Below are positions 29,484 to 41,050 of a stretch of DNA of 64,000 nucleotides, piece after piece; the stretch's first letter is position 1; every line of letters begins with the position of its first letter. Origin of the DNA: Escherichia phage EO1; the sequence record OQ223305.1. One strand, written 5' to 3'. The notes beneath the pieces are model-generated. The model had not been told where the DNA came from and ran no database searches. It was given only the letters and a program-made list of their open reading frames with translations. The translations under genes were made by a program, and so were the position numbers.

Positions 29484-30349
29484 TATTGAGCCACCCCGAT
29501 TTTCTGCGTAGCGATAACTTTAACTGCTGCTCTCATACCGACAGTTGAAGAACTTATAGTCGCCGTTACATAATTTTCTTTAATACTAAATGCAATATTA
29601 GCGATTTCGTCTTCTTCGGTTTCATTCCCAACCCGCATGACAGCATATTCAGAAGAAATGACCGTTGAATTAACAGTATCTACAAGAATATTTATTTCTG
29701 CCGTTTTAATTTTTCTTCCATCTACCGATTGACACGTAACTAGTAATTTAGCCATATTGTATTCAGTACGATGAAATAATGGAATGTCAACTGATCCGGA
29801 TGTAGAAATATTCCATGTACCTTCAGCCGGTGATTCCTTTTGGCCAAACATACTTTCAATAGAATAATTCCAAACTGACGTAGAATTATCAGATGAAATA
29901 CAACGTAAAGTAACTTTACTATATGGGCTAGTTACTACCAAATTACCTGAAACACCTTTAATTGAATCAATCGCTTGAATCGTTAAAGGATTGGTAACTG
30001 ATATAGATCCATTTGAGTTAATAAATTCAACGCAATCACCAAGTTCGCCTCTTTCAATGATAACTTTAACACCTACAGCAGAGGTATCAATATCGTGTCT
30101 AGTACCAACTTTCACCGGAGTTGCGTACTCTGTGATAGAATGCTTTTGATAATATCCAGTAGCATGGATAATTTGGCCGTCAGCACCAGTACCATTTGCT
30201 ACTGCCATTTTACGCTGATCGCCAAACGCGTTATAAATTGCATTAAAATCACTATTAATTTTATTACCACCGTCGAATAAGATATCACCAGTAGAAGCGT
30301 TACCAATTTCGCCGGTATCAATCAATTTCTTTGGTTCTTGAATGAACAT
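29483..30349 (-). CDS. 9: Baseplate wedge / long-fiber socket protein gp9
   Basis: 288 aa, T4 gp9 length. Confidence 0.85.
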   Translation of the reverse strand: MFIQEPKKLIDTGEIGNASTGDILFDGGNKINSDFNAIYNAFGDQRKMAVANGTGADGQIIHATGYYQKHSITEYATPVKVGTRHDIDTSAVGVKVIIERGELGDCVEFINSNGSISVTNPLTIQAIDSIKGVSGNLVVTSPYSKVTLRCISSDNSTSVWNYSIESMFGQKESPAEGTWNISTSGSVDIPLFHRTEYNMAKLLVTCQSVDGRKIKTAEINILVDTVNSTVISSEYAVMRVGNETEEDEIANIAFSIKENYVTATISSSTVGMRAAVKVIATQKIGVAQ

Positions 30350-30373
30350 AGCGGTTTCCTTATGAGTTTATAG

Positions 30374-30407
30374 TATTTATAAAGAAAAAGGGAGCCCATG
30401 GGCTCCC
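30374..30407 (-). promoter_or_regulatory. Gene 8 terminator hairpin (30390-30407) followed by late promoter TATAAATA (30374-30381, minus) for gene 9
   Basis: gggagccc-at-gggctccc palindrome then U-run; tatttata on + strand. Confidence 0.5.
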
Positions 30408-30412
30408 TTAAT

Positions 30413-31417
30413 TTAAAATGTAAACAGAATATTGATTTCTTCCGTTTGATCCATTGCCATAATAATAGGTGGCCTATTTTCCATATAAATCATTTCGCCC
30501 GAATGCCTCATTAAATCTTCCGGATCATAGTAATCCTTTTCAGCTTTAACGTTTGGGTCATTTGGATGAACTTTAGCTTCAAGAGGATTCGTGATTATCG
30601 ATATTTGTCTAAATCCTTTATTTCCTGGCAATGCAGCTTCAGGAAAATAAACTGAATCTAAGTATGCTTTAAAACGAATAGTATTTGCCTTAACCCGGTA
30701 AATTAATCCAAAATCATCTTGCTGCCAAGTGAGGTTATCTTCATACCCCCATCTAGTCGGATCTTCTTTTAATTCCTCAGGCCAAGGAACCACGATATAT
30801 TCATTCGTGCATCTGTTTATAGATACATCAGGCGGAATCTCAAAAAGATATTCCCATACATACCCGTCTCCAGGTTCGATTGTTCCTTCCGCGTCTCCTC
30901 GACCTTCAGGAGGAGTCATTGACCTAACAGAAGGAGTCCATTTTCCACCTAGCTTAAGGCATTCATCCTTATTAGTTAAAGACTCAATTGAGCACATTCC
31001 AGTATCAGGAACATCTAAACAACGATATACTAACCAGCCTGCGCCTGATTCGGTAGCGTTGTAAGGAGCTGAGTTACACACTACAATATCGTTAATTCTA
31101 AATGTGTATGGATCCGGATATCTAGTATCTCCCCAATCTCGACGAGGAATAACTGCATCAAGCATAGATGGAAGAACCTTCACGGTTCCCATCATATGAG
31201 TCCACATGTCAGTTACACCTAACACAGAATCGGTGGGATAAGGTGGGGCAAATCCCACCTCATTTTCGTTTGATGACCACGGTTCTGATCTTCCAAATGT
31301 AATAAAGATAGTGTTTTTATCCGGACCACTTCCAATTGAATTATAAAAATTCAACATTTTTTCTGTTCTAAATTTTGAAGTAACTATCGCACGATAGATA
31401 ACACTTGAATCATTCAT
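30413..31417 (-). CDS. 8: Baseplate wedge protein gp8
   Basis: 334 aa, T4 gp8 length. Confidence 0.85.
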   Translation of the reverse strand: MNDSSVIYRAIVTSKFRTEKMLNFYNSIGSGPDKNTIFITFGRSEPWSSNENEVGFAPPYPTDSVLGVTDMWTHMMGTVKVLPSMLDAVIPRRDWGDTRYPDPYTFRINDIVVCNSAPYNATESGAGWLVYRCLDVPDTGMCSIESLTNKDECLKLGGKWTPSVRSMTPPEGRGDAEGTIEPGDGYVWEYLFEIPPDVSINRCTNEYIVVPWPEELKEDPTRWGYEDNLTWQQDDFGLIYRVKANTIRFKAYLDSVYFPEAALPGNKGFRQISIITNPLEAKVHPNDPNVKAEKDYYDPEDLMRHSGEMIYMENRPPIIMAMDQTEEINILFTF

Positions 31418-34400
31418 CTATTTTAACCTGTGTTGGATTTTCAGGGTCTCTTGGATTTCCTATATTATCTTTTAGACGTTTATTAACTAAATCCCTAAAT
31501 TGCGCAAATGTTGTTCCAGATGCATCAAATAGAGGACTCATTAATTTACGTCGTTCAGACGGCAATTGACCTTGAAATATTGAATTATTATTTTCAGCAT
31601 TATAGTCATCAGGAAGAGGATATTCTACACCAGCCATTGGGCCAGGTTCATAAATTGCTTCGCCTGTTACCGAATCATGCTCAATTTCACCGGTTGGAGT
31701 CAATTTAGCTACTCTATCAGCATATTCAGTAGGCAATCCAGAATCCCATTTATAGTTTTTGTATTTATTAATTATAGTCTCTGTGTGTTTAAGGGTTAAA
31801 CCAACATTAATAAACATTGTTAAAAGAGTAATTGCTATAAATCCAAATCCTACTGGATGAACAAAACGAATAACGTCAGATTTCCAGCGGGAAGAAGGTA
31901 AATTGGATTTAATTTTCATTACATAATATGATCTACTTCTATTAATATAGTCTATATTATTTTGAAGCAAATCCTTTCCTTTAACCCCGCGAATAATTTC
32001 GCCTTCGAAACTAGGGAGTCTTTCTGCTTTAACTTCTTGACCGGCAATTAATCTTCCCAAAAGATTATGAATAGTTACGGTCCATTGCAATTTACCATTA
32101 GAATAGCTTCTTTCTATATAAGTAACATTACATCTTCCTGTAGCTGTATAAATCGTTTGTCCTACTAAATCTTCAGTCAAAGAATCAGATTGAACGATTA
32201 TATCATATTCAGTACCAGCCCCAGATTCAATTTCAATTTCAACTTCTTCATTATAAAGAACTTTAAAAAGAAATTTGTATGATGCTTCAATTCCTTTAGT
32301 AGAATAAAAATCATAGCTACGTGATTCAAAAAATCTTGCAACAGCATCGCGTTTATCAGCATTTAAATAAATGTTTCTTTTATATATCTCTGACCACAAA
32401 TATTCCCACGCGTGCTCTTCTCGCGGATATTGGTTACGAATTAAATTTCGTAAATTGTTATACTGAGTTCCATATCCATCAGAAAGATATTGAATATATG
32501 CTTCGCAAAATGCTTCAAAATTCGAATCCTGTAACAAATAAGAATCAGGCATCATTGTGCCAATTAATGGTCTTAAATCAGGGTCAGCTAATCCACGTTC
32601 TTCTTCTGGTGACCAAGGAGTTTCGCGCTCTTGGTTTTGTAAAAATGCTTTTAAAAATACTTCAGTTGGTTTCCAAATAATTTCTACTGTATCTCTCACA
32701 CGATAGTTAAAATCATAATAAGAAATTATTTCGCCAGAAGATTTGTAGAAAAGCATTCCAGATGCATATTTTTTAAATCCGGTGAATTTAACATTTGGCA
32801 TTACTATAGTGCAATCGCCATCATCCCAGTATTCATGAACTAATCTATCTGGTGATGTTTCCGGAATATTTTCTATAACTTTAGTGTATTTTAAATCAGC
32901 ATAAACTACTACAGCTTTATCAGAGTTGTTTATCCAGCACCGTGTATTAGACTTTTTAGACCAGTTAAAGAATGGTTCTGCATAGTATTTCATTGGCTGA
33001 GGCGTAAAAGTTTCCCAATCAGACTTTTCATCTGCTATAAATGCCATCATATGATAATGCTTATCAGCTAACCATTCACGAGGAAATTCATATTTAACGG
33101 CACCGATTAACTGATATTTTGCTACAGTTTCAGAGTCATTAACAATATTATCACTTAAAAATTTAAAATTACTCGAAGATAGAGAAACTAATTTACCATC
33201 AGTTGACATATTCGCATACCCAGGTTGAATACGTCTTCTTTCTTCTTCAGTGTTGCCAAAAACTCTTTTCCACGTTTTTGTGTCATGATTTAAAACATAT
33301 ATTCCTTTATCAGCAGAATCAATTATTTTTGACGTTCTAGGATTAGCATTTAATGTTTCAACTTCGCCAATAATAAGAGCAAAAACTTTATCACCGATAG
33401 AATCCATTTTATAGCATACTGCTTTAGGATTTCCAGTTATAGTCATTGTATCAGGTTCAAAAAGTCTTTCCGAGTATGTTGGTGATAACGGGTCAGAATC
33501 TATAGGTGCATTACTCGTTTTTATATATCTAACTTTATCTCTGGCAACAACATAGATATAATCATCCGTACAAGTAATGGCTTCAGCTATACGATATACA
33601 TTCGCTGGTAAAGTCGCATAAGTAGCGAAGATTTCAACATCGAATCCTAAATGAAGTTGGTCTCCTAATTTAGCAAATGTTATATCCTGCGAACTGAATC
33701 TGACATCATCTGCTGACCATCTAACATCAGTAGATTTGCGACCATAGAAAATCTTGTCGTATCCTAGAACGTATGTTGTGTTTGCAGATTGGTAATATAC
33801 AGTCTTAGATAAAGGATATCCTACACGGTCATTGAAGAGCTTTACAGCTTTCCAAGTTTGTCCTTTATCATTTGATACTTTAACTACGGGTTGATAGCGC
33901 TCAAAAAGATATAGAATCCCTTCTGATTCCATCAAATAAACTCGGTTAATATCCTTACATACTTGCTGAATAGAACCTTGTATTTCATGATACTCGTTTT
34001 CACCAATAATAAAATTACTGATTGATGAGACATCAGCATACGATGGGCTGAACTGAAATGATTCATTCATTAACGCAGCCATTATTGTGTCATTATTGAA
34101 ATTGACATAATTAGAATTATTAAGAGTGAACTTTTCCTGAATGAATTTATTAGCTAATTGCATTTCAATCATATTTTGAAATGTGTAAGCATTCGTAGCA
34201 AAAGTTTCAAACTCTTCGGTATAAATCCAATCAGACTGCTCAAAATCTTGCGCAGCCGTAGATACTCTAATAACATATGATGTCAGTGGATCAGCATCAT
34301 CAAAAAAGAAACTATTATTTGCTGTATATCCTAAATTAATCCAACGATATTGATTACTCGGGAGATTTTCCCCCGAGTTTGTTTTTGTCTCAGCGATTTC

Positions 34401-34508
34401 TACAAAGTAGTAGAAATTAGCACCAACGTCATCCCAGCGTACTTGCACCTGATTTGCGGATAACTTGGAAATTCTGAGACTAGTGACTGAAGGTGCTTTT
34501 ACTGTCAT
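31410..34508 (-). CDS. 7: Baseplate wedge protein gp7
   Basis: 1032 aa, T4 gp7 length. Confidence 0.9.
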   Translation of the reverse strand: MTVKAPSVTSLRISKLSANQVQVRWDDVGANFYYFVEIAETKTNSGENLPSNQYRWINLGYTANNSFFFDDADPLTSYVIRVSTAAQDFEQSDWIYTEEFETFATNAYTFQNMIEMQLANKFIQEKFTLNNSNYVNFNNDTIMAALMNESFQFSPSYADVSSISNFIIGENEYHEIQGSIQQVCKDINRVYLMESEGILYLFERYQPVVKVSNDKGQTWKAVKLFNDRVGYPLSKTVYYQSANTTYVLGYDKIFYGRKSTDVRWSADDVRFSSQDITFAKLGDQLHLGFDVEIFATYATLPANVYRIAEAITCTDDYIYVVARDKVRYIKTSNAPIDSDPLSPTYSERLFEPDTMTITGNPKAVCYKMDSIGDKVFALIIGEVETLNANPRTSKIIDSADKGIYVLNHDTKTWKRVFGNTEEERRRIQPGYANMSTDGKLVSLSSSNFKFLSDNIVNDSETVAKYQLIGAVKYEFPREWLADKHYHMMAFIADEKSDWETFTPQPMKYYAEPFFNWSKKSNTRCWINNSDKAVVVYADLKYTKVIENIPETSPDRLVHEYWDDGDCTIVMPNVKFTGFKKYASGMLFYKSSGEIISYYDFNYRVRDTVEIIWKPTEVFLKAFLQNQERETPWSPEEERGLADPDLRPLIGTMMPDSYLLQDSNFEAFCEAYIQYLSDGYGTQYNNLRNLIRNQYPREEHAWEYLWSEIYKRNIYLNADKRDAVARFFESRSYDFYSTKGIEASYKFLFKVLYNEEVEIEIESGAGTEYDIIVQSDSLTEDLVGQTIYTATGRCNVTYIERSYSNGKLQWTVTIHNLLGRLIAGQEVKAERLPSFEGEIIRGVKGKDLLQNNIDYINRSRSYYVMKIKSNLPSSRWKSDVIRFVHPVGFGFIAITLLTMFINVGLTLKHTETIINKYKNYKWDSGLPTEYADRVAKLTPTGEIEHDSVTGEAIYEPGPMAGVEYPLPDDYNAENNNSIFQGQLPSERRKLMSPLFDASGTTFAQFRDLVNKRLKDNIGNPRDPENPTQVKIDE

Positions 34509-36487
34509 TGTGATATAGGCTCCAAATCGATAGTTAAGTATTGTGGACGTAAGTCATTTTCAAATACAATCAGTGAACCATCGCGAGTAAAGATAACATC
34601 ATCGGTTGGGTCAGAATATAATTCAATAGTCTGAACTTCAAATTTTTCAGATGTTAAATTAATTTTAGCGATATTCCAATAAATCATGTCAGCTGGATAA
34701 TTTATTTCACCGATAACATAGTATTTGTCGCGTCCATCAGAATTTGCTAATTTGTTAAAATCGTTGCCTGTATACGGCTGAATGTTTTCATTTTCTGTAA
34801 CATCGCCAGAAGCAAATGGACCAATAATAACTTTACCAATTCCTTTAGAATCTCGGTCTGTTGATACTATACGAACGTCATATAATACATCTTCTTCTAA
34901 ACCAGTATCAGGATTTACAACCTTTCGTCCAGAATTAAATGAAAACGTATTAGATTCCATAGAACGGTCTTTTATTTGATTATTGTATTTAATACCTGCT
35001 TCAGGAGTTTTATAGAAGTTTTGTACTTCACGAACAATTTGAATTGTCGCTGATGAACCAATGATAGAATGATCTGCATCATCTACATATGTCAACATCT
35101 TAGACTTGGCAAAAGACGAGTTAAAAATTTCTACATCTTCGGTATAATAACGATCAATTTTATCAATTATTTGACCTTCGAGCCACTGTTCGGATTCTTG
35201 CAGCTTATTTAAAGCATATGTGACTTTTAAATTAGTCTTAATAAAAAGATAATTAGGAGAAATAATTGATGGCGTAATAGGAGCTAAATTATAGTCTTTG
35301 AGATAATTTTTAATATCTTCACGTTGTACAGTAGTTAAATACAATCCTGATTTAGGTTTAGCAGCAATAAATGCATACCCAGGTTTAGTAGAATCAGTGA
35401 AAGTCTGAACAGCTTGAATAATAGAACCAAATCTCTCTGAAACGAATGTATCGTAGTCAGTCGCAGTTACGCATCGTTGTTGGGTTTCGCGTTTAATAGT
35501 ACCCAATTCGCGAATACGCTCAATATCTTCTGGATCACCGCCGCCATCTGCCCCAACAAAATCTGGGTCATCGTTTGGATTTTCATTAATATTGATGACA
35601 GTTATATTTGTTAATGTATCTGCGTATGAAAATCCGACTGCTCCGTTCGCGTCAGCACCATTAGTACTGATGTACTCAATAACAATCGTAGAGTTCTGGG
35701 TAGGTTTAAGACCTCCAATATAATTAGCGGTCAATGCTCCTTCTGCCGCATTAACGGAAATCTCACCTTCACCAAAATAAAATTCAGTATTTCCATCAAT
35801 AGTTTCACGCATGTAGTAAATTGTTGATGTAGAACCAGCATGAACCATTGACTTTCTTGTCCAGTTAATCCATTCTGCTCCATCAACATACAGCTTAACT
35901 TGGTTTCTATCAATATTTTTATCATAAATGATAATAGGTGTTAATTTATCATAAATGATTTCAGTTCTTACTATACGTCCCTGGGCCAATTTTAAACGTG
36001 GAAAATATTGGTTATTTTTATCACGAATAGCAATAACGTCTTCGGTAGAAACGAAGTTATATGGATTAACAGAAGTATCTTTTGCATATGCTAAAAAGCG
36101 AGTTCCGCGAGGAATAGTAATGTAATTCCTATTCAATGCGTCGGTGCATGTTAACATAATTTCGGTCTGCGCAGCGGATTTTGAAGTAGGTAAATATCCG
36201 TTATCTTGTGCAGCTTGAACAACTGAACTTCGTAAGTTAGCAGTACGCATAAAGCTTTCATACACAGCAGCATTACCAAACTGCTGAATGTACAATGTAT
36301 TATAAGCCAAAAGGTCACACAGAACGTTTAATCTTGAGCCTTCAAAATCATAATCCAAAAATTCATTTTGGCCATTAAGCCATTCAATGAGGTTTTGTTT
36401 TATTTCAGCAAACGTACCCCCGACGAATATCTCGGGAATAGCATTTGCTGTTCTTGTTAATTGATAATTTACAGGGGTATTTGCCAT
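34505..36487 (-). CDS. 6: Baseplate wedge protein gp6
   Basis: 660 aa, T4 gp6 length. Confidence 0.9.
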   Translation of the reverse strand: MANTPVNYQLTRTANAIPEIFVGGTFAEIKQNLIEWLNGQNEFLDYDFEGSRLNVLCDLLAYNTLYIQQFGNAAVYESFMRTANLRSSVVQAAQDNGYLPTSKSAAQTEIMLTCTDALNRNYITIPRGTRFLAYAKDTSVNPYNFVSTEDVIAIRDKNNQYFPRLKLAQGRIVRTEIIYDKLTPIIIYDKNIDRNQVKLYVDGAEWINWTRKSMVHAGSTSTIYYMRETIDGNTEFYFGEGEISVNAAEGALTANYIGGLKPTQNSTIVIEYISTNGADANGAVGFSYADTLTNITVININENPNDDPDFVGADGGGDPEDIERIRELGTIKRETQQRCVTATDYDTFVSERFGSIIQAVQTFTDSTKPGYAFIAAKPKSGLYLTTVQREDIKNYLKDYNLAPITPSIISPNYLFIKTNLKVTYALNKLQESEQWLEGQIIDKIDRYYTEDVEIFNSSFAKSKMLTYVDDADHSIIGSSATIQIVREVQNFYKTPEAGIKYNNQIKDRSMESNTFSFNSGRKVVNPDTGLEEDVLYDVRIVSTDRDSKGIGKVIIGPFASGDVTENENIQPYTGNDFNKLANSDGRDKYYVIGEINYPADMIYWNIAKINLTSEKFEVQTIELYSDPTDDVIFTRDGSLIVFENDLRPQYLTIDLEPISQ

Positions 36488-36495
36488 TTTAAATC

Positions 36496-36789
36496 CTATT
36501 TAATGAATACTTTAGATGATGCCTGAGCCACAGTATCACCGCATGATATTGGATCAGCCATTTGAACAGCTTTCTTTCCAGTGACATATACCTTAGAAGT
36601 TCTAGGTTGTGTCACTCCGCCATGTGTTTCATATGGCTTTTTAATTTCTGTATGTTCTGTAATTGGATCGCCTGCTACTAGAACAGCAATTCCTCCAGTG
36701 AATACTTTACTTTGTGTAGCATTCACAACTGTTGGAGGCCACGCTTCATGGCCAGCAGTAACACACTTATCATAACTTAATCCTGACAT
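36496..36789 (-). CDS. 5.4: PAAR-repeat spike tip protein gp5.4
   Basis: 97 aa, PAAR-like fold expected from T4 synteny. Confidence 0.8.
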
Positions 36790-37347
36790 TTATGGCCTCT
36801 CATACACGTAGCTTCTCAGTTTATTAGCCCAACGACTCCAATTTCCAACTATAGTTTTAGTATAATTTTTAACGAGAGTTTTTCTTATTGGAGCAGGAGG
36901 ATCCGTTGGTTCGGTAGTATCAAAAGATGACCTAGAATTACTGCCAGAACCTCCAGATTCACTTTGTTCTTGGTAGTCATATATTAATGTTACTTCGTAA
37001 GTGAATGTCTTCTGGAGATTCTGAGGAGCTTTCCACAAATACAACTGAGTGTCAGAATCAGTAGGAAGTTCTTCCCATGAAGCAGCAGTTTTAAATTCAT
37101 CATCTAAACGATATTTCAATGCGTCATTTCCAAATCCAAACACAGATTCATACGTTCCATATAAACGATTTTCTTCTACTAAAACCCCAGGAGTTTCTTC
37201 GTAACTAGTTATATTTATAGATACTAACGTTTCACCTGTTTCTAATTGAGCGGTAAAGGTGACGTCGATAGAAGAACCTTCCATGGATTCTCCTAAATCA
37301 GCGCTCATTGGAAGTATATTAGCCAATGTCAATCCTCGATCCATCAA
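36790..37347 (-). CDS. Hypothetical protein (position of T4 5.1); start uncertain, may be Met at 37308
   Basis: 185 aa ORF overlapping gene 5 end; acidic, Ser/Gly-rich C-terminal segment. Confidence 0.5.
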
Positions 37348-39046
37348 TTGTGTATTGACCAGATGAAATAGAACTCATAGATGCCATTTTTTCTGTCCAA
37401 TCACCACCAACGTCCCAATCAACTGTCCCAGCAACTTTCCAAGAAAGATTTCCATTTACTGTATTAGTCTGGTTTCCTTCAACTAAAGTGGTAGCATCTC
37501 CTTTAACTGTAATGTCAGCATTACCTTCAACTACAATAGTAACATTACCTTTGACTAGGATAGTTCCATTACCTTCAACCGTCTTAGTTTCATCGCCGCG
37601 GACAAATATTGTGTTGCTTCCATCTATTTGGTGAAGACGATTATCCATGTTGTAGTAAATTTCTGATCCACCGACGTTAGTCTTTTTATCGCCGGCTACC
37701 AAAAAATTACCGTCAGCATTTGTTATATCATACAAATTATCAACAGTTTTTCTCGTTCTTCTTCCTGATGGTGATACTTCCTCATATGTTCCAGTCGGAT
37801 GAACTAATCTGTATCGTTCTTGCCCAGGGGTATCATCAAATTCCTGAATATGACCGCTTTCAGTTTCCATTGTGTGAACATATGGATATTCACCTTTATA
37901 TGAAGAAACAGGTTCTTTAAATAAAATTCTCGAATCATTCGGAATAGGAGGGTCAGCTGGATCAGAAGACTTTGCTACAGTAGCAGCCATTGCTGACAAA
38001 GACTTAGCTGGTGTTTTCACTTCAATACCGTATGATTCCAAATTACCTGTAAGAATAATCATGGTAACACGAGATGCACGGCCTTTTGTTTGTTGATACC
38101 ACAATGAATCACGACCAGCTTTATATGCTTTTTCCCAATCTCCGGCTAACATAGCAGTTAACATTGTGTTAAATTTAGCTACACCGCCAACGCCCATTTG
38201 GAATGCCATATTTTCTAATGCCATTTGACGAGAACGATTAACTGCCTGCCAAACTGGGCCAACTTTAGAATGTGATTTAATGTCACGTTGCATATCAGCC
38301 AAATCACGTTCAAATAAAGCTACCGCTTCTTCCATTGTAATGGAACCTGGATTTCCTGTAATTTCACGACCAACTTGTTTTGATAAAACTTTATTAATTT
38401 GAGTCATATCACGAACTGGCTGCTTCATGATAAGATGACCAATACCAATTGTCGGATATCCTTCGGTATCCCAATAAACTTTTAGTCTTAATCCTTCATC
38501 ACGGCGAAGCATTTCAGCCATTGACATATTTGGATTATCATCAGTTGGAATCTCTGATAGTGGTCTATCATCAGGATTTATCGCAGTGTCTAGATTGCTA
38601 TCTTGGATAATATTAGAAGACGAATCATATCCTACTTCTCCGCCTTGGTTTAATACGTTAGTATCATTTCCTAGACGTCTAGGATACTGTCCAGTTGGGT
38701 CAGAAAATCCTTCAAGTCTATTAGGCTTTTCGCGAACTATTCCACCATACGTGCCAAGGACAATTCCGTTAGTTTTCCATTTGTCTAAAAAATGACCATA
38801 AACTCTAGTTCCTTCTACTGGTCCAGTAACGGAGCCTCCAATTCCAGACATTGCTGCGGAAGTTATAGGTTGAATAACTGACATCCACGGTAATTTATCA
38901 GTTGGAATACCCATTACGTCGCCTTGTGCTCTTTGAGGTGGATGCAGACCAACCACACGAACACGAACACGACCTAATTTTAATGGGTCCATTCTATCTT
39001 CAACAACACCAACAAACCAATTAAGGTTATTACTTATCATTTCCAT
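37319..39046 (-). CDS. 5: Baseplate central spike and tail lysozyme gp5
   Basis: 575 aa, T4 gp5 length; lysozyme-domain motif similar to gene e (GHLIMKQP) and C-terminal beta-helix VxGxxxxx repeats. Confidence 0.9.
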   Translation of the reverse strand: MEMISNNLNWFVGVVEDRMDPLKLGRVRVRVVGLHPPQRAQGDVMGIPTDKLPWMSVIQPITSAAMSGIGGSVTGPVEGTRVYGHFLDKWKTNGIVLGTYGGIVREKPNRLEGFSDPTGQYPRRLGNDTNVLNQGGEVGYDSSSNIIQDSNLDTAINPDDRPLSEIPTDDNPNMSMAEMLRRDEGLRLKVYWDTEGYPTIGIGHLIMKQPVRDMTQINKVLSKQVGREITGNPGSITMEEAVALFERDLADMQRDIKSHSKVGPVWQAVNRSRQMALENMAFQMGVGGVAKFNTMLTAMLAGDWEKAYKAGRDSLWYQQTKGRASRVTMIILTGNLESYGIEVKTPAKSLSAMAATVAKSSDPADPPIPNDSRILFKEPVSSYKGEYPYVHTMETESGHIQEFDDTPGQERYRLVHPTGTYEEVSPSGRRTRKTVDNLYDITNADGNFLVAGDKKTNVGGSEIYYNMDNRLHQIDGSNTIFVRGDETKTVEGNGTILVKGNVTIVVEGNADITVKGDATTLVEGNQTNTVNGNLSWKVAGTVDWDVGGDWTEKMASMSSISSGQYTIDGSRIDIG

Positions 39047-39620
39047 AAGATTTCTCCATTATACGTATAAGGTCGTTCATAAATGAATTGATGTCTGATT
39101 TTGCTATTATTTTTATTTGACGAAGTTTTTCATTTTCAAGAACAGCAGCTTCATACGTATCGACCGCAGCAAGTGCTCCTTCATATTGAGGATATTTTCT
39201 AGCTTTATCGCCTTTGTCATACCAAACATATGGATTATCATCGTATGATATTAAATTATAAAATTTTTCACCATTCTCATTCACATGATATACTATTTGG
39301 TCTCCACCTACATTTTTGTATTTTTGGATAGATGCTTGATAAGCAGCTTCTTGCGAAGTAATCCATCCATAATACGGATCATAATTATCATTACACATCA
39401 ATAAAACCCAATACAACTGTGGATTTCCATATATAGCGTTTGCTAATTCTTCCGGGCGTGGTGAACCTTTAATATAATAAGTACGTAAACGGTATCCCGC
39501 AAGAGCACGTTTGAAATAGTCTTTATAGTTTCTAAAAATATCTGTCATAGGAATAGTCGGCGCGTTTTTATTCACCGTTTTGGCCGCATATTCAATCGGA
39601 TCAAAAAATGTAAAGAGCAT
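39030..39620 (-). CDS. 53: Baseplate wedge protein gp53
   Basis: 196 aa, synteny. Confidence 0.85.
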   Translation of the reverse strand: MLFTFFDPIEYAAKTVNKNAPTIPMTDIFRNYKDYFKRALAGYRLRTYYIKGSPRPEELANAIYGNPQLYWVLLMCNDNYDPYYGWITSQEAAYQASIQKYKNVGGDQIVYHVNENGEKFYNLISYDDNPYVWYDKGDKARKYPQYEGALAAVDTYEAAVLENEKLRQIKIIAKSDINSFMNDLIRIMEKSYGNDK

Positions 39621-39633
39621 GGGCCCTCCTGTT

Positions 39634-39656
39634 TATAAATATATTATCTATTTATA
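39634..39656. promoter_or_regulatory. Divergent late promoters (TATAAATA + at 39634-39641 for gene 4; minus at 39649-39656 for gene 53)
   Basis: gtttataaatatattatctatttataagg. Confidence 0.55.
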
Positions 39657-39667
39657 AGGAGAATCCA

Positions 39668-40120
39668 ATGGCATATTCTGGAAAATGGGTTCCTAAAAAT
39701 ATATCAAAATATAGAGGTGACCCTAAAAAAATTACGTATAGATCAAATTGGGAAAAATTCTTTTTTGAATGGTTAGATAAAAATCCAGAAATTATTGCAT
39801 GGGGTAGTGAAACAGCGGTAATTCCTTATTTTTGTAATGCAGAAGGGAAAAAACGTAGATACTTCATGGATATTTGGATGAAAGATTCTTCTGGACAAGA
39901 ATTTTTTATTGAAATAAAACCTAAAAAAGAAACACAACCACCAGTTAAACCGGCACATCTAACAACTGCAGCGAAGAAAAGATTTATGAATGAAATTTAT
40001 ACATATTCCGTTAATACTGACAAATGGAAAGCAGCTCAAGCTTTAGCTGAAAAGCGTGGAATAAAATTTAGAATTCTAACAGAAGATGGATTAAGAGCTC
40101 TTGGCTTTAAGGGGGCATAA
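39668..40120 (+). CDS. 4: Head completion protein gp4
   Basis: 150 aa, synteny. Confidence 0.85.
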   Translation: MAYSGKWVPKNISKYRGDPKKITYRSNWEKFFFEWLDKNPEIIAWGSETAVIPYFCNAEGKKRRYFMDIWMKDSSGQEFFIEIKPKKETQPPVKPAHLTTAAKKRFMNEIYTYSVNTDKWKAAQALAEKRGIKFRILTEDGLRALGFKGA

Positions 40121-40944
40121 TGGCTATTTTTCAAATAATTAATGAAAGCACTCCCCAAGTTCCAAAGGTTAAGCAATCATTAAACGAAAAGAAATGGATT
40201 CAGATAGGTCTTGAATACAAAAAGGCCAAAGCAAAAGGAATGACAGGAAAGCAATTTGCTGAAGAAAGAGGAATCAAATACTCTACGTTTACTTCGGCAA
40301 TGTCAAAATATGCTTCAGGAATTAAAACGGCTGAAAAGATTCAAAAGCTTGAATCAAAACCAATGAATAAACTCAATAAGCAAGAAAGACAACTGCTTAT
40401 GATAAATTCATTCAGGCAAACATTGCGCGATAAAATTCGTAATGAAGGTGCAGCAATTAATAATAAAACCAGAAAGTGGTTTGCTGAAACTATTAAGCAG
40501 GTAAAAGGACATAAAGTTGTTCGCCCGCAGCCGGGACGAATATATGCTTTTGCTTATGATGCTAAACACAAAGAAACTCTTCCTTATTGGGATAAATTTC
40601 CTTTGATAATTTACCTCGGTTTAGGTAAACACAATTTAATGTACGGATTGAACTTGCACTATATTCCACCTAAAGCTCGTCAGCAATTTCTAGAAGAGCT
40701 TTTAAAGCAATATTCGAATACACCTACTATTACTAATAAAACGAAATTAAAAATTGATTGGAGTCAAGTGAAAGGATTTAGGGGTGCAGACCAAATGATT
40801 AAGGCATATATACCCGGTAATATTATGGGTAGCCTTGTTGAAATCGCCCCGAAAGACTGGGCGAACGTTGTATTAATGCCACTTCAGCAGTTCGTTTCAA
40901 AAGGAAAACGTTTCTCTGCAAACAAAGTCTGGTCAAATATCTAA
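40120..40944 (+). CDS. 2: DNA end-protector protein gp2
   Basis: 274 aa, synteny. Confidence 0.85.
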   Translation: MAIFQIINESTPQVPKVKQSLNEKKWIQIGLEYKKAKAKGMTGKQFAEERGIKYSTFTSAMSKYASGIKTAEKIQKLESKPMNKLNKQERQLLMINSFRQTLRDKIRNEGAAINNKTRKWFAETIKQVKGHKVVRPQPGRIYAFAYDAKHKETLPYWDKFPLIIYLGLGKHNLMYGLNLHYIPPKARQQFLEELLKQYSNTPTITNKTKLKIDWSQVKGFRGADQMIKAYIPGNIMGSLVEIAPKDWANVVLMPLQQFVSKGKRFSANKVWSNI

Positions 40945-41050
40945 TTCTATTATCTTCCATTCTTTTCTATTGTTTGTTCTAATTGGAATTGAATGGAAGG
41001 GACTTAGACCCATTATACCACCAACATTTATAAAGCATTATGAGGAATAT